NCBI GenBank assembly: GCA_951406725.2
Contig: OX597832.1
Span: forward strand, 43,090,001 to 43,154,000
DNA length: 64,000 bases
Direction of reading: 5' to 3'
Source: Octopus vulgaris
Lineage: Eukaryota
Shown piece by piece: positions 40,724-55,690 of the stretch. Below the pieces are notes generated by a model. It was given only the letters and a program-made list of their open reading frames with translations, was not told where the DNA came from and did no database searches. The position numbers and the translations under genes are program-made. Within the stretch, counting starts at the first letter, position 1. The number at the start of each line of letters is the position of its first letter.

Positions 40724-41971
40724 TTTGGTTAGCAAGAAAATAATTTGGTTTTTCGCAAATAGAGTTAGGATATTTTTAATGACTTTTGTCAATGTTATGA
40801 TTTTGTTCTGTTGTCATTTGATAGCCATTACCTCTAGTTTGCTTTAGAAGCAAATTGCGCGTAATGTTGTTTACAGCTATTAGTTCAGCATCAATTTTAA
40901 CATGGAGTGTAAAAACGAACATTTTCGCCATATTTTGCGTTTTTATTTCCGTAATGGAAAAAAAAAGCTGCTGAGGCTTACGAAGAGATATGTGAAATTG
41001 AGGGTATGGATTGCAGATGGTGTCGATTGCACATGTCAGAAATGGGTTTAAAACTTCCATTCTGGAGATTTTTCACTCAAAGATGACCAACGTTCTGGTC
41101 GACCTACAGAAGTTAATGATGACCGAATCAAAGCCATAATCGGATCTAATTATCATAGAACTGGGCGGGAGTTTGCAGAGAGGTTAAATGTACGACACAC
41201 GGCAATTGAAAATCACTTAAAATGTCTTGGACTCTTTAAGAAGCTCGATATTTGGGTTCCATATAAATTGAAAGAGATTCACTTAACACAACGAATCAAT
41301 ATTTGCGATATGCATCTCAAACGTAATGAAATCGACCTTTACTATAATATCAATCGAATCAATAACATCAATCAAAAACGATCATGGTCCAAGCGTAATG
41401 AATCAGCCCAAACCTCATCGAAAGCTGAATTGCATCAATAAAAGGTCATGCTGTCAATTTGGTGGGATTGCAAAGGTGTTGTGTATTTTGAGCTGCTTCC
41501 AAGGAAGTAAACGATCAATTCAGATGATTACTGTCAACAACTAATGAAACTGGAGGAAGCAATCAAGGAATTGGCCAATCGTAAAGGAATCGTGTTCCAC
41601 CAAGACAACACTAGATCTCACACATTTTTGCAAACTTATGAAAACTATCTGGAGCTTAGTTGGGAAGTGATGTCACATCCACCATATAGCCCAGATCTTG
41701 CACCATCAGATTACCTTTATTTCGAAGTTTGCAAGATTTTTTGAATGGTAAAACTTACAATAATGATAACGACCTGAAAGTGCACTTGCTTCAGTTTTTG
41801 GCTGATAAGGACCAGAAGTCCTACAAGCGCGGAATTGGGAAGTTGCCAGAAAGATGGCAAACGGTCATCGAACAAAATGGAAAATACATAATTGATTAAA
41901 ATTCATTTTTTGTATGAAAAAAATGACTGAACTTACACTAAAAAGCCGAAACTACTTTCTTGCCAACCCAA
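40724..41971 (+). mobile_element. Near full-length defective mariner (DD34D) with TIRs and TA flanks
   Basis: TIRs TTTGGTTAGCAAGAAAATAATTTGG / CCGAAACTACTTTCTTGCCAACCCAA; ATG 40902 MECKNEHFRHIL, RSGRP, WVPYKL, KVMLSIWWDCKG, HQDNTRSH, HPPYSPDLAPSDY, RWQTVIEQNGKYI; frameshifts; TGDEKW segment missing. Confidence 0.96.
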
Positions 41972-42005
41972 TATATATACTAATATATACGCATACCTAG
42001 ACTTG

Positions 42006-42309
42006 TGGAGTCACATGGCCTAGTGGTTAGAGCAGCGGACTGGCGGTCGAGGGATCGCGGGTTCGAATCTCAGACCAGGCGAGGTGTGTGTTTATGAGCG
42101 AAACACCTAAGTTCCACGCGGCTCCGGAAGAAAGTAATGGCGAACTTCTTTCTGTTGACTCTTTCGCCACAACTTTCTTTCACTTTTTCCTCCTGCATCT
42201 TGCAGCTCACCTGCGACGGACCGGCGTCCTGTCCAGGTTGGGAACCTATACGTCGAGGAAACTGGGAAACCGGCCCTTACGAGTCAGGCATGGCTCAAGA
42301 AGGAACAAA
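42006..42309 (+). mobile_element. SINE family C with 14-bp TSD
   Basis: Match to the 10794 copy; flanks CATACCTAGACTTG / CATACGTAGACTTG. Confidence 0.92.
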
Positions 42310-42666
42310 CATACGTAGACTTGCATACATTTCATACCCATACAAACATGCATTCATTCATGCATTGCATATATATATATATACATATATATAATTTCAA
42401 ATTAATAATAAAAGGGTAAAATTAATTAATTGAATTAATTACTTAATCAATCAATTGATTAAAAATTTTACCAAGTAGTTCGGTACGTTAAAATAACCTT
42501 TACAGGTAAAATTATATAAATATTCTATAATTATAAACATAATTATAATTAGGGGTCAGCTAATTGCTTCACCTCATACAGAATTTAGAAATAGGTGGTC
42601 AAAATTCATTTTCTACTACCGTAAAAATCTCCCAGACAGTAACGCAGTGTGTTATATATATATAAG

Positions 42667-42712
<46 letters not shown>

Positions 42713-43011
42713 TATGTATATATGTATATATACATATATATTATATTATATTATATTTTATTATATTATATACATATATACATACAGACATACATGCATG
42801 CATATATACATACATACATACAGACAGACAGATGGACAGACAGACACACAGACAGACAGATAGACAGACAGACTGACAGACAGGCGTACATGCATACATA
42901 CATATAGACATTCATATCTAGATCTCTGCAAGACAACGAAGGTCAGCTTGCTGACTGAGTAAAAGAAGCGCTACATTATGAATGAATGAAGACACAGACC
43001 CAACGTCATCG

Positions 43012-43047
<36 letters not shown>

Positions 43048-43460
43048 ATACCACCATCAACAAAAACAACAGCATGAGCATTATCATCACCATCATCACT
43101 ATCATCACAGTCATCATCGTCGTCGTCGTCTTCTTCGTACTCCTCAAGCCAGCATCAAGGTCTTGATTATCATCTTCAATGCGTAACATCCCCACCGTCA
43201 CCACCGTCATCACCGTCGCTGCCATTGAAGGAGAAGCAGCGGTAGCCGTGGCAGCAACTTTAATAGCAATACTAAGTATAATGGATCGCTTGTCTCTGTG
43301 GTGGATAAAGATATTTACTTCTTTTTCAATTGCATTATGGATGGTCATTCATTTTACACGCAATCTTTCAATCTCATGGTTATTCCATATGCATACATAG
43401 ATATAAAATACACACATGAGCCCTTATATATATATATATATGCATACATACATATATATG

Positions 43461-43598
<138 letters not shown>

Positions 43599-43741
43599 CA
43601 TATATATAGATATACATAAATATATATACATATATATATACATATATATAGATATAGATATATATATATAGATATAGATATATATACACACACATATATA
43701 TATATATGTGTATGTATGTATGTATGTATGTATGTATATAG

Positions 43742-43883
43742 AGGCAGGTGTGGCTGTGTGGTAAGAAGCTTGCTTTCCAATCACCTGGTCCTGGTTTCAG
43801 TCCCACTGCGGAGCACTTTGGGCAAGTGTCTTCTACTATAGCTTCATGGTAACCAAAGCTTTGTGAGTGGATTTGGTAGACGT
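43742..43883 (+). mobile_element. SINE family A, 5' part only
   Basis: Head through GGATTTGGTAGACG, then interrupted. Confidence 0.88.
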
Positions 43884-44300
43884 TCACAGTTCATCTTTTC
43901 CCAGAGGGTATGGAGAGGTTGGTCCGTACTTCCGTGGCAGAAGTACCGACCAACCTTCATACCCTCTGAGAAATGATGAACTGTGAGCTTTTATTATCCT
44001 GTCTGTATTCTTATATCTACTTTTACTCTTTTTTCTTCTATTTTATTCCTTATAAACTATGAATTTCTCTGTCTAGAACGTTCATACATACTCACTCTGT
44101 GTCTGGTGACGGAATACCCAGTGTGGACATGCTAATCTATCATTTGGGATATCCAAGAGAAACAGCTGTAAAGACTTCAAATTAACCTTACCCTAATTGG
44201 ATTATTATAAATAACTTGAGGTACTCGTCCTGCCTCGGTTTTTGATGTCCTTTTTTTCTAATGCATACTTGCTAACACGGAAGCTTAATACGGATCCCTA
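43884..44300 (+). mobile_element. Penelope-LTR-like fragment with a 5' fold-back hairpin and a hammerhead-like motif (44101-44175)
   Basis: Hairpin 43884-43986; CTGGTGA-C-GGAATACCCA...TGGGATATCC-AAGA-GAAA-CAGCTG-TA-AAGAC. Confidence 0.55.
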
Positions 44301-44495
44301 GCTCCAGCCTCAGTTGTGAACTTGGAACATAAGGATGACCAATTATAGCACTTACTCAGCGCACCTATTCATTTGGATCTCCAGTGAAGTAAGCCTCTCA
44401 TAGAGTAGGCTCGAAACGTAAAAACTTCCTCACCTACTCGAGCGTCAAACTAATACACCTGTTTGTTGTTTATACACCTGTAAATTTCAACTATA

Positions 44496-44553
<58 letters not shown>

Positions 44554-45139
44554 TATAGCCGTAAGCTATCGATCTCAGTGTGGGCAGCAGAATATGAAAA
44601 TATTCAGATAAATCTCTGTATAGAAACTAGTCAAGATAATGCAAAACTCTTCTGCCTACGAGGCTTTATAAATTCATATTCTGTTTCACCCCGGGGCTTA
44701 TCATGTAAATGCGTGTTTCTACCTATGTGTGCTTGCTTATGTGTGTACACTTGGTGATTTGTAAAGCGAGAAAACGACAAGTTTATTACCAGCAGAAGTT
44801 AATCTCTAATAAATGAATTGGGGACATCCGTAAGAAATCAGTCGTAAATTCTGTGGACGTCAAATGATATCATTTTGATGTCATCCATGTGACCAAAAAT
44901 ACACTTATTTAGCCGAAGCAGTATATTTCTTACACGGCTCATCACTTACTTAGGCTAATGATTCGATGGGATTAAAGTCGCAGCGTGGGCACTAGATCTA
45001 CTAAAATCAGCAGGTAAATATCTTTTAAATCATACCATGCCCTCTCAAAAAGAATAAAGAACGTACTTTCACGATCTATTATGAATTCACCGATTGATAA
45101 CGTACTGAGATTGATTCGTTCCCCATGTTCATCTTCTTT

Positions 45140-45220
<81 letters not shown>

Positions 45221-45384
45221 TTCTTCTTCTTCTTCTTCTTCTTCTTCTTCTTCTTCTTCTTCTTCTTCTTCTTCTTCTTCCACCAGCATACATATGGTGC
45301 CTAAAGGACTGTCATATTCCCTTCAACATCAGGTGGAAATGACTGGAAACTTGTGGACCCTATCGCAATGGAACAAGACTGTGG

Positions 45385-45625
45385 AGGAGGGGGTGTGTTT
45401 AGTCCGAGGGGGATAGTTGTTTGTAGATTAAAAATATAACGCTGTTCCAGGTGGAGTCGCGAGTGTGTGGATCCATGGTTCAGAGCGAGGCCAAAGACGG
45501 AGACATTTAAGGGGGAGTGGTTGGCCAAGCGGAAGAGACGGGTGACGGGTGTGTTTGAACGTAGCCGAACATCCCTTAGATGTTCAGTGAACCAATGAAA
45601 CAAGCCACTCACATGTCGTAACTCC
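45385..45625 (-). pseudogene. Penelope-like GIY-YIG endonuclease, C-terminal fragment
   Basis: FTEHLRDVRLRSNTPVTRLFRLANHS...SRLHLEQRYIFNLQTTIPLGLN fits the PLE pattern 'RF.EH......PV..HF...H...R...E...I..L.T..P.GLN'. Confidence 0.85.
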
Positions 45626-46011
45626 TTCAATATACTGTTACCAAAATGTGACGGGACAATGAAGGAGCCTCTGCGTGGTCGCTCAGCTTGCGTGAAATAG
45701 CAGTCAAATTCCTTTCGAATCGTTTCTTATGCATAACGTAGTGTTGGGTTAACTACACGTAGAGAAAAAGATGGAGGTCTTTGCGATTGGAATACCTTTG
45801 ATCATACTCGACCCGTCTTGATGTAGGTGGTAAACAACAACAACAACAAAAGTAAGAATAACAGCAACAGCAGCAACTACAATGACAACAATAATGCTAT
45901 TAAACAGAAGATAATACTCAACTTCGAAAACATCGTTGTTCGAACTCTATTCCTGACCAACTTAACTCGCCCTTTTCATAAAGAAAAATAAATTAATAAA
46001 ATAAATAAACA

Positions 46012-46412
46012 AACACAGGAGTGGCTGTGTGGTAAGTAGCTTGCTAACTAACCACGTGGTTCCGGGTTCAGTCCCACTGCGTGGCATCTTGGTCAAGTGT
46101 CTTCTGCTATAGCCCCGGGCCGACCAAAGCCTTGTGAGTGGATTTGGTAGACGGAAACTGAAAGAAGCCTGTCGTATACATGTATGTATATGTGTGTATG
46201 TGTTTGTGTGTCTGTGCTTGTCCCCCCAACATCGCTTGACAACCGATGCTGGTGTGTTTACATCCACGTAACTTAGCGGTTCGGCAAAAGAGACCAATAG
46301 AATAAGTACTAGGCTTAAAAAGAATAAGTCCCGGGCTCGATTTGCTCGACTAAAGGCGGTGCTCCAGCATGGCCGCAGTCAAATGACTGAAACAAGTAAA
46401 AGAGTAAAAGAG
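46012..46412 (+). mobile_element. SINE family A, full length
   Basis: Match to the 25502 copy. Confidence 0.93.
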
Positions 46413-46888
46413 CAAACCACTAAACAAGCCAATAAGAACGCTCCCGCCCCATATGGTGGCCTTACCTACTCGAAGTAGCAGCTAAATATTCCTCAAGGAT
46501 AAACGGTCTAAAGACTAGACTTAACTTCAAATCCTGCCAAATATTATGAAGACATGATTATCTCCTTTATACAAACTATCCTCTATGTGACTTCGAGTGT
46601 ATATAAAAAGTCGTACATAAATATAGATATAGTTCCAGATACATTATTGTGTGAGAAAAAGATGGGATGGACATTGCTACATCGCACTTAGCCATATGAT
46701 CAATGAATCATGATTGATTAAGGGTTAAAATAGTCTTTATTCTGCAGTGATTTTAATTGATATTACATTCATTAATTGAATATTAGCGTCCCTCATTAAG
46801 CCTTATATTAGTGTTAAGTGAGTCTATAGAGGCTAAGAGGCGTGGTCTCTTCTGGAAGGACTTGTGAGTAAAGGACACGAAAGCGTTA

Positions 46889-47972
<1,084 letters not shown>

Positions 47973-48262
47973 CTGAAATATTTCATTCTAGAAGCAACTA
48001 TTGATTAGAAAAGCCGAATGAAATGGAAAGCTGAGAATAATACGGCACCGGCTGGCCTGGCTTGCCTTGGCTTGGCCTGGCCTGCCTTGACCTGGCCTGG
48101 CTTTGGCAACATATGAGTCTAAAATTGTTTTCTCTGCTACAGAAAATTAGAATTTTTGCGGTTACGTCATTTATCTGTTCAGAATCTTCCTTATAAAAAT
48201 ATGAAGCAAAAACAAACCATTTTTAGTTTTCTTTCGGAAAACACGTAATTACAGAAAGTTGT

Positions 48263-48514
48263 TAGGCGTAGCTGTGTGGTTAAGAATGTTGCTTTCCATC
48301 CACGGGGTCTTGCACCTTAAGCAAGTGTCTTACACTATATAGCTCCGGCCTGATCAATGCCTTGTGAATTGATTTGGTGGGACGGAAGCTGAAAGTAGTC
48401 CGTCGTATATGTATATATGTAAGTGTGTATGTGTGTGTCTGCGTGTGTGATTTTGTGATTGTGTTTCTTATTATGTGTGTAATTGTATGCGTGTGCATGT
48501 GTGTGTGTGTGTGT

Positions 48515-48553
<39 letters not shown>

Positions 48554-48704
48554 TGTGTGTATGTGTGTTGTATTTGTTTCTCAGCACCGCTCGACAACCG
48601 GAGTCGGTTTGTTTACGTTCCAGCTACCCTGCCGTTTGGACACTTGAGGTGTGTGTCTGCGTGTGTGATTGTGTGATTGCGTCTCTGATTATGTGTGTAA
48701 TTGT

Positions 48705-48747
<43 letters not shown>

Positions 48748-48956
48748 GTATTTGTTTCTCAGCACCGCTCGACAACCGGAGTCGGTTTGTTTACGTTCCA
48801 GCTACCCTGCCGTTTGCACACTTGAGATGGTGACAGAATAAGAGCCAGGCTTTAAAACAAAGCAAGTACTGACATCGATTTGTTCGACTGAACGCTTCAA
48901 TGCGGTGCACCAGCATGGCCGCAGTGCAATAGCTGAAACAAGTAAACGATAAAAGA
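48263..48956 (+). mobile_element. Diverged SINE family A with internal tandem duplication
   Basis: TTGTATTTGTTTCTCAGCACCGCTCGACAACCGGAGTCGG occurs twice (about 48568 and 48746). Confidence 0.85.
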
Positions 48957-49346
48957 TGACGATGTTTGAGATATACTTCTGACTGTTTCAAAATAAGCTT
49001 TAATGGCGGATTACAGGAAGAATGAAAAATTTTCTAGAAGTCGTTTCTGAACTGTTTGAAGGGTTTATTGTAATTAAAAGCCGCCGGCTGTCTAAACTTG
49101 GCAGCTTAATTGTATTCATGAGAATTTTTACAATACACAAACAAGACTAATTATTCTTTTGCGGAGGAACAAATTATTCTGCTGTGTTGTATATATATAT
49201 ATATATATAATTGAATTAGCCTAACTATATAACTGGTTGTTGCTTTGTCCATTGAAAGGGGTGCAAATAGAATTTTGGTCGAAACTTCCATTGCAATTCC
49301 ATTCACATCTTGTCTGTTGTATAGGAATATTAAATGGACCTTTAAT

Positions 49347-49880
49347 GCGGCGAGCTGGCAGAATCGTTAGCACGCCGGGCGAAATGCTTAGCGGTATTTC
49401 GTCTGCCGTTACGTTCAGAGTTCAAATTCCGCCGAGGTCGACTTTGCCTTTCATCTTTTCGGGGTCGATAAATTAAGTACCAGTTACGAACTGGGGTCGA
49501 TGTAATCGACTTAATCTGTTTGTTTGTCCTTGTTTGTCCTCTCTGTGTTTAGCCCCTTGTGGGGAGTAAAGAAATAGGTATTTCGTCCGTCTTTACGCCC
49601 CGAGTTCAAATGCCGCCAAGGTCGACTTTGACTTTTATCCTTTCGGGATAAAATAAGTACCAGCTGAGTACTGGAGTCGATGTAATAGACTTGGCTCCTT
49701 TTCCGAAACTGCTGGCCTTGTGCCAAAATTTGAAATGAATATTAATTAAATGGGCCTTGTTTAAGTAATCTAATTTATCAACAATGGAAGGATAAATAGT
49801 AAATTTGATCACTGTGGCATTTGAACCCAGAAGGAAAAGTAAGATTATAAAAAAAACTGCAAGGATTTTGTCCAGCTTAT
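49347..49880. mobile_element. Family B SINE cluster (full plus copy, partial plus copy, old minus copy)
   Basis: GCGGCGAGCTGGCAGAATCGTTAG head and the shared central domain. Confidence 0.88.
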
Positions 49881-50001
49881 TTTATCGGGCTTTTGTCAAA
49901 CCACAACGATATAGGAACATAAAGAAACCAACGATAATAATCAAGCAGCGGGAAGGATAGAAACGCGAAGTCAGCATGTTCTCATATGTATATATTTTAT
50001 T

Positions 50002-50237
50002 GCGGCGAGCTGGCAGAAATGTTAGCGCGCCGGGCGAAATGCTCAGCAGTATTTCGTCTGCCGCTACGTTCTGAGTTCAAATTCCGCCGAGGTCGACTTT
50101 GCCTTTCATCTTTTCGGGGTCGATAAATTAAGTACCAGTTACGCCCTGGGGTCGATCTAATCGACTTAATCCCTTTGTGTCATGATTATATGTCTGATTA
50201 CTACCGAAAGCAAAGAACATCATGCCAAGTCAACTGA

Positions 50238-50297
<60 letters not shown>

Positions 50298-50362
50298 CTT
50301 AATCCGTTTGTCTGTCCTTGTTTGTCCCCTCTGTGTTTAGCCCCTTATGGGTAGTAAAGAAA
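50002..50362 (+). mobile_element. Family B SINE interrupted by a (TA)n-tailed insert with duplicated target
   Basis: ATCGACTTAATCC(C/G)TTTGT on both sides of the insert at about 50180-50292. Confidence 0.88.
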
Positions 50363-51874
50363 TATATACTATTCTCGTTGACAGATTTAAGGAGATTATA
50401 CATCCAAACACATCACCCTCATCCTTAAATAACTATATATTTAATATTTATGTTCATATAAAATGAAGAAGAACTCGGCAGGTTTCGAACTCCAATAACG
50501 TGTAACTAAAGGCTGCACTGTATAAAGTCGGTCCATCAATCTCATCTCAGAGGAATCTTTCTGTCAGTGAACCAATTCTAAGATGTTATTCTTAGTCGTT
50601 CCAACTCATATCTTCACATCAAAGTAACTCAAGTGGATTCGAAAATTAGATTCAAATTTAACGATGCAGAAATCAATAAACACTCTCAGATACAAACACA
50701 CACACACTCACACTTTAACGCACAGCCTCCAACATATACACACACACCAAGCATCACAGATTCTCTCTCAGTTTCTCTGTGTATCTGTCTGTCTGTCTCT
50801 CTCTCTCTTGCTCTCTTCCCCCTCTCTTCCCCCTCTCTCCCCCTCTCTCCCCCTCTCTCCCCTCTCTCTCTATCTCTGTCTATCTATCTATCTATCTCTC
50901 TATCTATCTAGCTATCTCTTTTTTTCTTTTTTCTTTCTTTATGCTTCTCCCGCCCTCTCTCTTTCCCTCTCTCTACGTAAGTGTGTGTGTGTGCGCGCGT
51001 GCGTATTGGATACGTTGTACACACACACACATATACATGTTTATACATATATATATGGATGCAAGTATACATTTACATAAATGTAGACAGGAAGACAGAC
51101 AGAAAGGCAGACAGACAGACTGACAAACACAGACACACAGACGCACACAAAAACTCATTTTATGTGTGTACGCGTGTGTGTGCACGTGTGTGTGTGTGTG
51201 CACATATGTGTGTGCGTGTGTGAGAGAGAGAGACAGAGAGAGTGTGTGTTTATGTGTGTGTGAGAGAGAGAGACTGACAGACAGACAGACAGAGAGTGTG
51301 TGTGCGTGTGTACGCACATACATAGATACACGAACGCACATACGCACGCATGCGCATCACAAAAAAGCGATTCGGAGTTAAAGAAAGGATAAACGAGTAG
51401 AAATAAAAAAAAAACAACAACAGCAATAAACAAAACAAAACAAACAAACAAAACGATATCGATCAGTACATACATCTATGATTACTTGTCGGCAAGCAAC
51501 CAATCACGGTTACAATCACCTGACCCATTGATACACATCCTACCAATATCCTATTAAACACTGACTTCGAATCAGTCGTTTTAGATTTCTCTCGTCGATT
51601 TGATCATCTCAGAGAAAGCATGTATCATCGTCGGCGTATTTGAAAGATGAAAGCCAGCCAATGAAAATCTGTTTCTGGTGTCTCGGGCTTGAAGGTGAAG
51701 GAACCAGGATGTTGGTAATAGAACGAGTGTGTAATGTGATGTGATGTAATGTAGCGTCAGGTAAAAGGTAACTTGATGACATGTTATATAATTATTCGAT
51801 AAATGAATGAATGAGCGAATGAATGAGCGAATGAATGAATGAAAGAATACGTGTACAGGCACTGCACTGGCGAA

Positions 51875-51875
<1 letters not shown>

Positions 51876-51948
<73 letters not shown>

Positions 51949-53175
51949 GGATGGATGAATGGATGGATGGATGGATGGATGGATGGATGGATGGATGGAT
52001 GGATGGATGGATGGATGGATGGATGGATGGATGGATGGATGGATGGATGGATAGATGGATGGATGGATGGATAGATGGATGGATGGATAGATGGATGGAT
52101 GGAGTGATGGATGGATGGATGGATGGATGGATGGTAGGATGGATGGTAGGATGGATGGATGGATGGATGGATGGATGGATGGATGGATGGATGGAGTGAT
52201 GGATGGATGGTAGGATGGATGGATGGATGGATGGATGGATGGATGGATGGATGGATGGATGGATGGATGGATGGATAGATGGATGGATGGATGGATGGAT
52301 GGATGGATGGATGGATGGATGGATGGATGGATGGATGGATGGATGGATGGATAGCTGGATGGATGGATAGATAAATGGATGGATGGATGGATGGATAGAT
52401 GGATGGATGGATTGATGGATGGATGGATGGATGGATGGATGGATGGATGGATGGATGGATGGATGGATGGATGGATGGATGGATGGATGGATGGATAGAT
52501 GGATGGATGGATGGATGGATGGATGGATGGATGGATGGATGGATGGATGGATGGATGGATGGATGGATGGATGGATGGATGGATGGATGGATGGATGGAT
52601 GGATGGATGGTAGGATGGATGGATGGATGGATGGATGGATGGATGGATGGATGGATGGATGGATGGATGGATAGATGGATGGATGGATGGATGGATGGAT
52701 AGATGGATGGATGGATGATGGATGGATAGATGGATGGATAGATGGATGGATAGATGGATGGATGGAGTGATGGATGGATGGTAGGATGGATGGATGGATG
52801 GATGGATGGATGGATGGATAGATGGATGAATGGATGGATGGATGAATGAATGGATGGATGGATGGATGGATGGATGGATGGATGGATGGATGGATGACTG
52901 GCTCGATGGATAGATGGATGGATGGATGGATGGATAAATAGATGGATGGATGAATGGATGGATGGCTGGCTGGCTGGATGGTTGGATGGATGGATGGATG
53001 AATGGCTGGCTGGCTCGATGGATGGATGGATGGATGGATGGATAGATGGATGGATGGATGAATGGATGACTGGCTGGCTGGCTGGCTGGATGGATGGATG
53101 AATGGATGGCTGGCTCGATGGATGGATGGATGAATGAATTAATGGATGGATGGATGGATGGATGGATGGATGGAT
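51876..53175. repeat. (GATA)n followed by about 1.2 kb of (GGAT)n
   Basis: Read directly; source of the IHPS/MDGW ORFs. Confidence 0.97.
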
Positions 53176-53859
53176 AAATAAATACATACATACATATGAT
53201 GGCTATAAACTCGTGTTCAAGTATTGCCATCGCCTGATCATTAGTCCCACACATGCGAACGCTACGACCAGCAATTTTTGTGATAGGTCTTACATTTTAT
53301 CAAGCGATGGGTCAGTATTTGTACAAATCCAATCCCACTCTCTGAACATGGGCAAAATAAGCACGAAACGAAGAACTAGTCTGCATCAGCGAATATTGTC
53401 AGTGTCACGGGTTTTCTCTCAGAGTTTTCCTCTCCTAGAGAGATGTGACAATAAAAGAGGGGCGTCCCACTCCTAGTGGACCAACCGCGCTCCTGGACAC
53501 CAACCAAGGTATTTCCCCGCGCATACATACATGCATATATACACATGTACACGTATTGTTGGCTGGCCGTCAACTGCTCATGAGCTCTTCCGCCATACAT
53601 ACATACATACATACATACATACATACATACATACATACATGTACACATATGTACATATATACGCATATATACATATATATGGATTTATGTACATATGTAT
53701 ACACATGCATACACACATATGTATGCATTTATACGCGTGTATGTGGATGGGTTTGCATATAGGGATATACCAATATAGGTAGGCAGATAAACAATTATAT
53801 AGAGAGATACATAAATATATGAACGTTTCTTTCTATTGTGATAAAAACAATTTTAAATT

Positions 53860-54185
53860 GAAGTATTAGAGAAAAAATGTATTATTCTTTTACAAGAATA
53901 ATATTGATGATGACTTCCAAGTTTTGGACAGCTAAGCTTGTCATCGGACTGTGCTACATTTGAATTTATCTCAGTCTCATTACAACCACTGTTTAGTTTA
54001 AACTTTCCAGGGTAAGCTGAGTTCTGTTGAATGATAGGTAGTATTGTAGATTGTGTTGGTAAGGTTTTATGGAGAATATTTTTTTGGTTAATTTTGGGGT
54101 TGTGCTCTTGTATAGAATTTATTCAAACACGTAGAACTTTGCAATGAGAAGTGTATATTTAAGTGTGACATCTTCAGATCATAGT
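53860..54185 (-). mobile_element. Decayed Penelope 3' end with hammerhead-like remnant (53909-53950)
   Basis: Minus strand CCGATGA-CAAGCTTAGCTGTC-CAAAACTTGGAAGTC, downstream of FE*ILYKSTTPKL (resembles PLE 'E...I....P.LN'). Confidence 0.45.
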
Positions 54186-54390
54186 GGCTACACACACACA
54201 CACACGCGCGCGCGCGCGCGCGCGCAATAATGGATTTTAGCTGAAGGTGTATGTCGGTTAGCAGGTTTGTCTTTTCTGGCGTCTTGACAACCGGTGTTAG
54301 CCTTCCACAAAACAATCATGCCTGGACTTGGACCTCGAAGGAGAACTTTCTAGGAGCAATCTCATCCCATGGTCATATATATGTATGTAT

Positions 54391-54803
54391 GACGCAGGAG
54401 TGGCTGTGTGATAAGTAGCTTGCTTACCAACCACATGGTTCCGGGTTCAGTCCCACTGCGTGGCATGTTGGGCAAGTGTCTTCTACTATAGCCTCGGGCC
54501 GACCAATGCCTTGTGAGTGGATTTGGTAGACGGAAACTGAAAGAAGCCCGTCGTATATATGTATATATATATATGTGTGTGTGTGTGTGTATATTTGTGT
54601 GTCTGTATTTGTCCCCCTAGCATTGCTTGACAACCGATGCTGGTGTGTTTACGTCGCCGTCACCTAGCGGTTCGGCAAAACAGACCGATAGAATAAGTAC
54701 TGGGCTTACAAAGAATAAGTCCTGGGGTCGATTTGCTCGACTAAAGGCGGTGCTCCAGCATGGCCGCAGTCAAATGACTGATACAAGTAAAAGAATAAAA
54801 GAG
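54391..54803 (+). mobile_element. SINE family A, full length
   Basis: Match to the 25502 copy. Confidence 0.93.
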
Positions 54804-55269
54804 TATATATATATATATATATACATGAGATCTCTGTAACATAATGCAATAAAGTTTTCCTTTGATGATCCGTTGTGGTTCAGTATCCAACTGTAATTGG
54901 AACATTCAATGCAGAGGTTGCTAACAACCACAAAGGGGAAACGTGCGTACGGAAAAAAAACGATATGAAGGTAGGTGTGTGTTTATGTGTGTGTATGTGT
55001 GCGTGTGTGTGTGTATGTGTGTGTGTCTGTGTGTGTGCTCGTGGCTTTGTGTCTGTGCTCGTGGCTTTGTGTCTGTATTCGTCCCTCACCACAGCTTGAC
55101 AATCAGTGCTGGTGTGTCTACATCCCTGTAACTTAGCGGTTCGGAAAAAAGGGAATTAAAGAATAAGTACTGGAGTCGATTCAGTCGATTAAAAAAAACA
55201 TTCTTCTAAGACGTTGCTCCAGCATGGCCGAGGTCTAATGACTGAGACAATGTAAAAGATAACCAGATT

Positions 55270-55690
55270 ATTTGCACCAGCGAAGTTTTATGGGTCCAGT
55301 GTTCACGTTGAAGGGATCAATTGAGTTTCCCTTCATTTCTTAATCCATAGGTCTCTATTGAACAATAATAGAGATTTTTCTATTACGTAGAATAATCCTT
55401 CTATCTTGCTGAGAGATATGGATGATTGGGTTTGCATAGACGAATGCTTTTACCAGCACTTCCTTTGAAATTGGTGGATAATAGTCAGCGATGTCAAATC
55501 GGGTAAACCAAATGACTTTCCTTCCTTTATTCCTATGTACCGTTTGACTACCACATCCGTGTTGTTCCATATTAGCTAGATGCTATCAAAGATTAAGGGA
55601 GTTCAAATTTCAACGATTAATGTAGTTCAAATTTAGCTTCTGTTATTCCCTAAATTCCATTTTCGCTAATTAGCATTTCCATCGCCCACA
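55270..55690 (-). pseudogene. Penelope-like reverse transcriptase fragment
   Basis: IWNNT, WFTRFDIADYYPPISKEVLVKAFVYA...ISQQDRRIILRNRK, DLWIKK match PLE RT 'F..FDI..FYPSI...LL.KAL.FA...II...RKS...W.KK'. Confidence 0.8.

Noticed and set aside
51581-53254. 557-aa ORF, the longest in the window
   Set aside because: Almost entirely (ATCC)n/(ATCT)n; a nearby FKYADDD at about 51630 in another frame is an isolated RT-like word with no supporting motifs.
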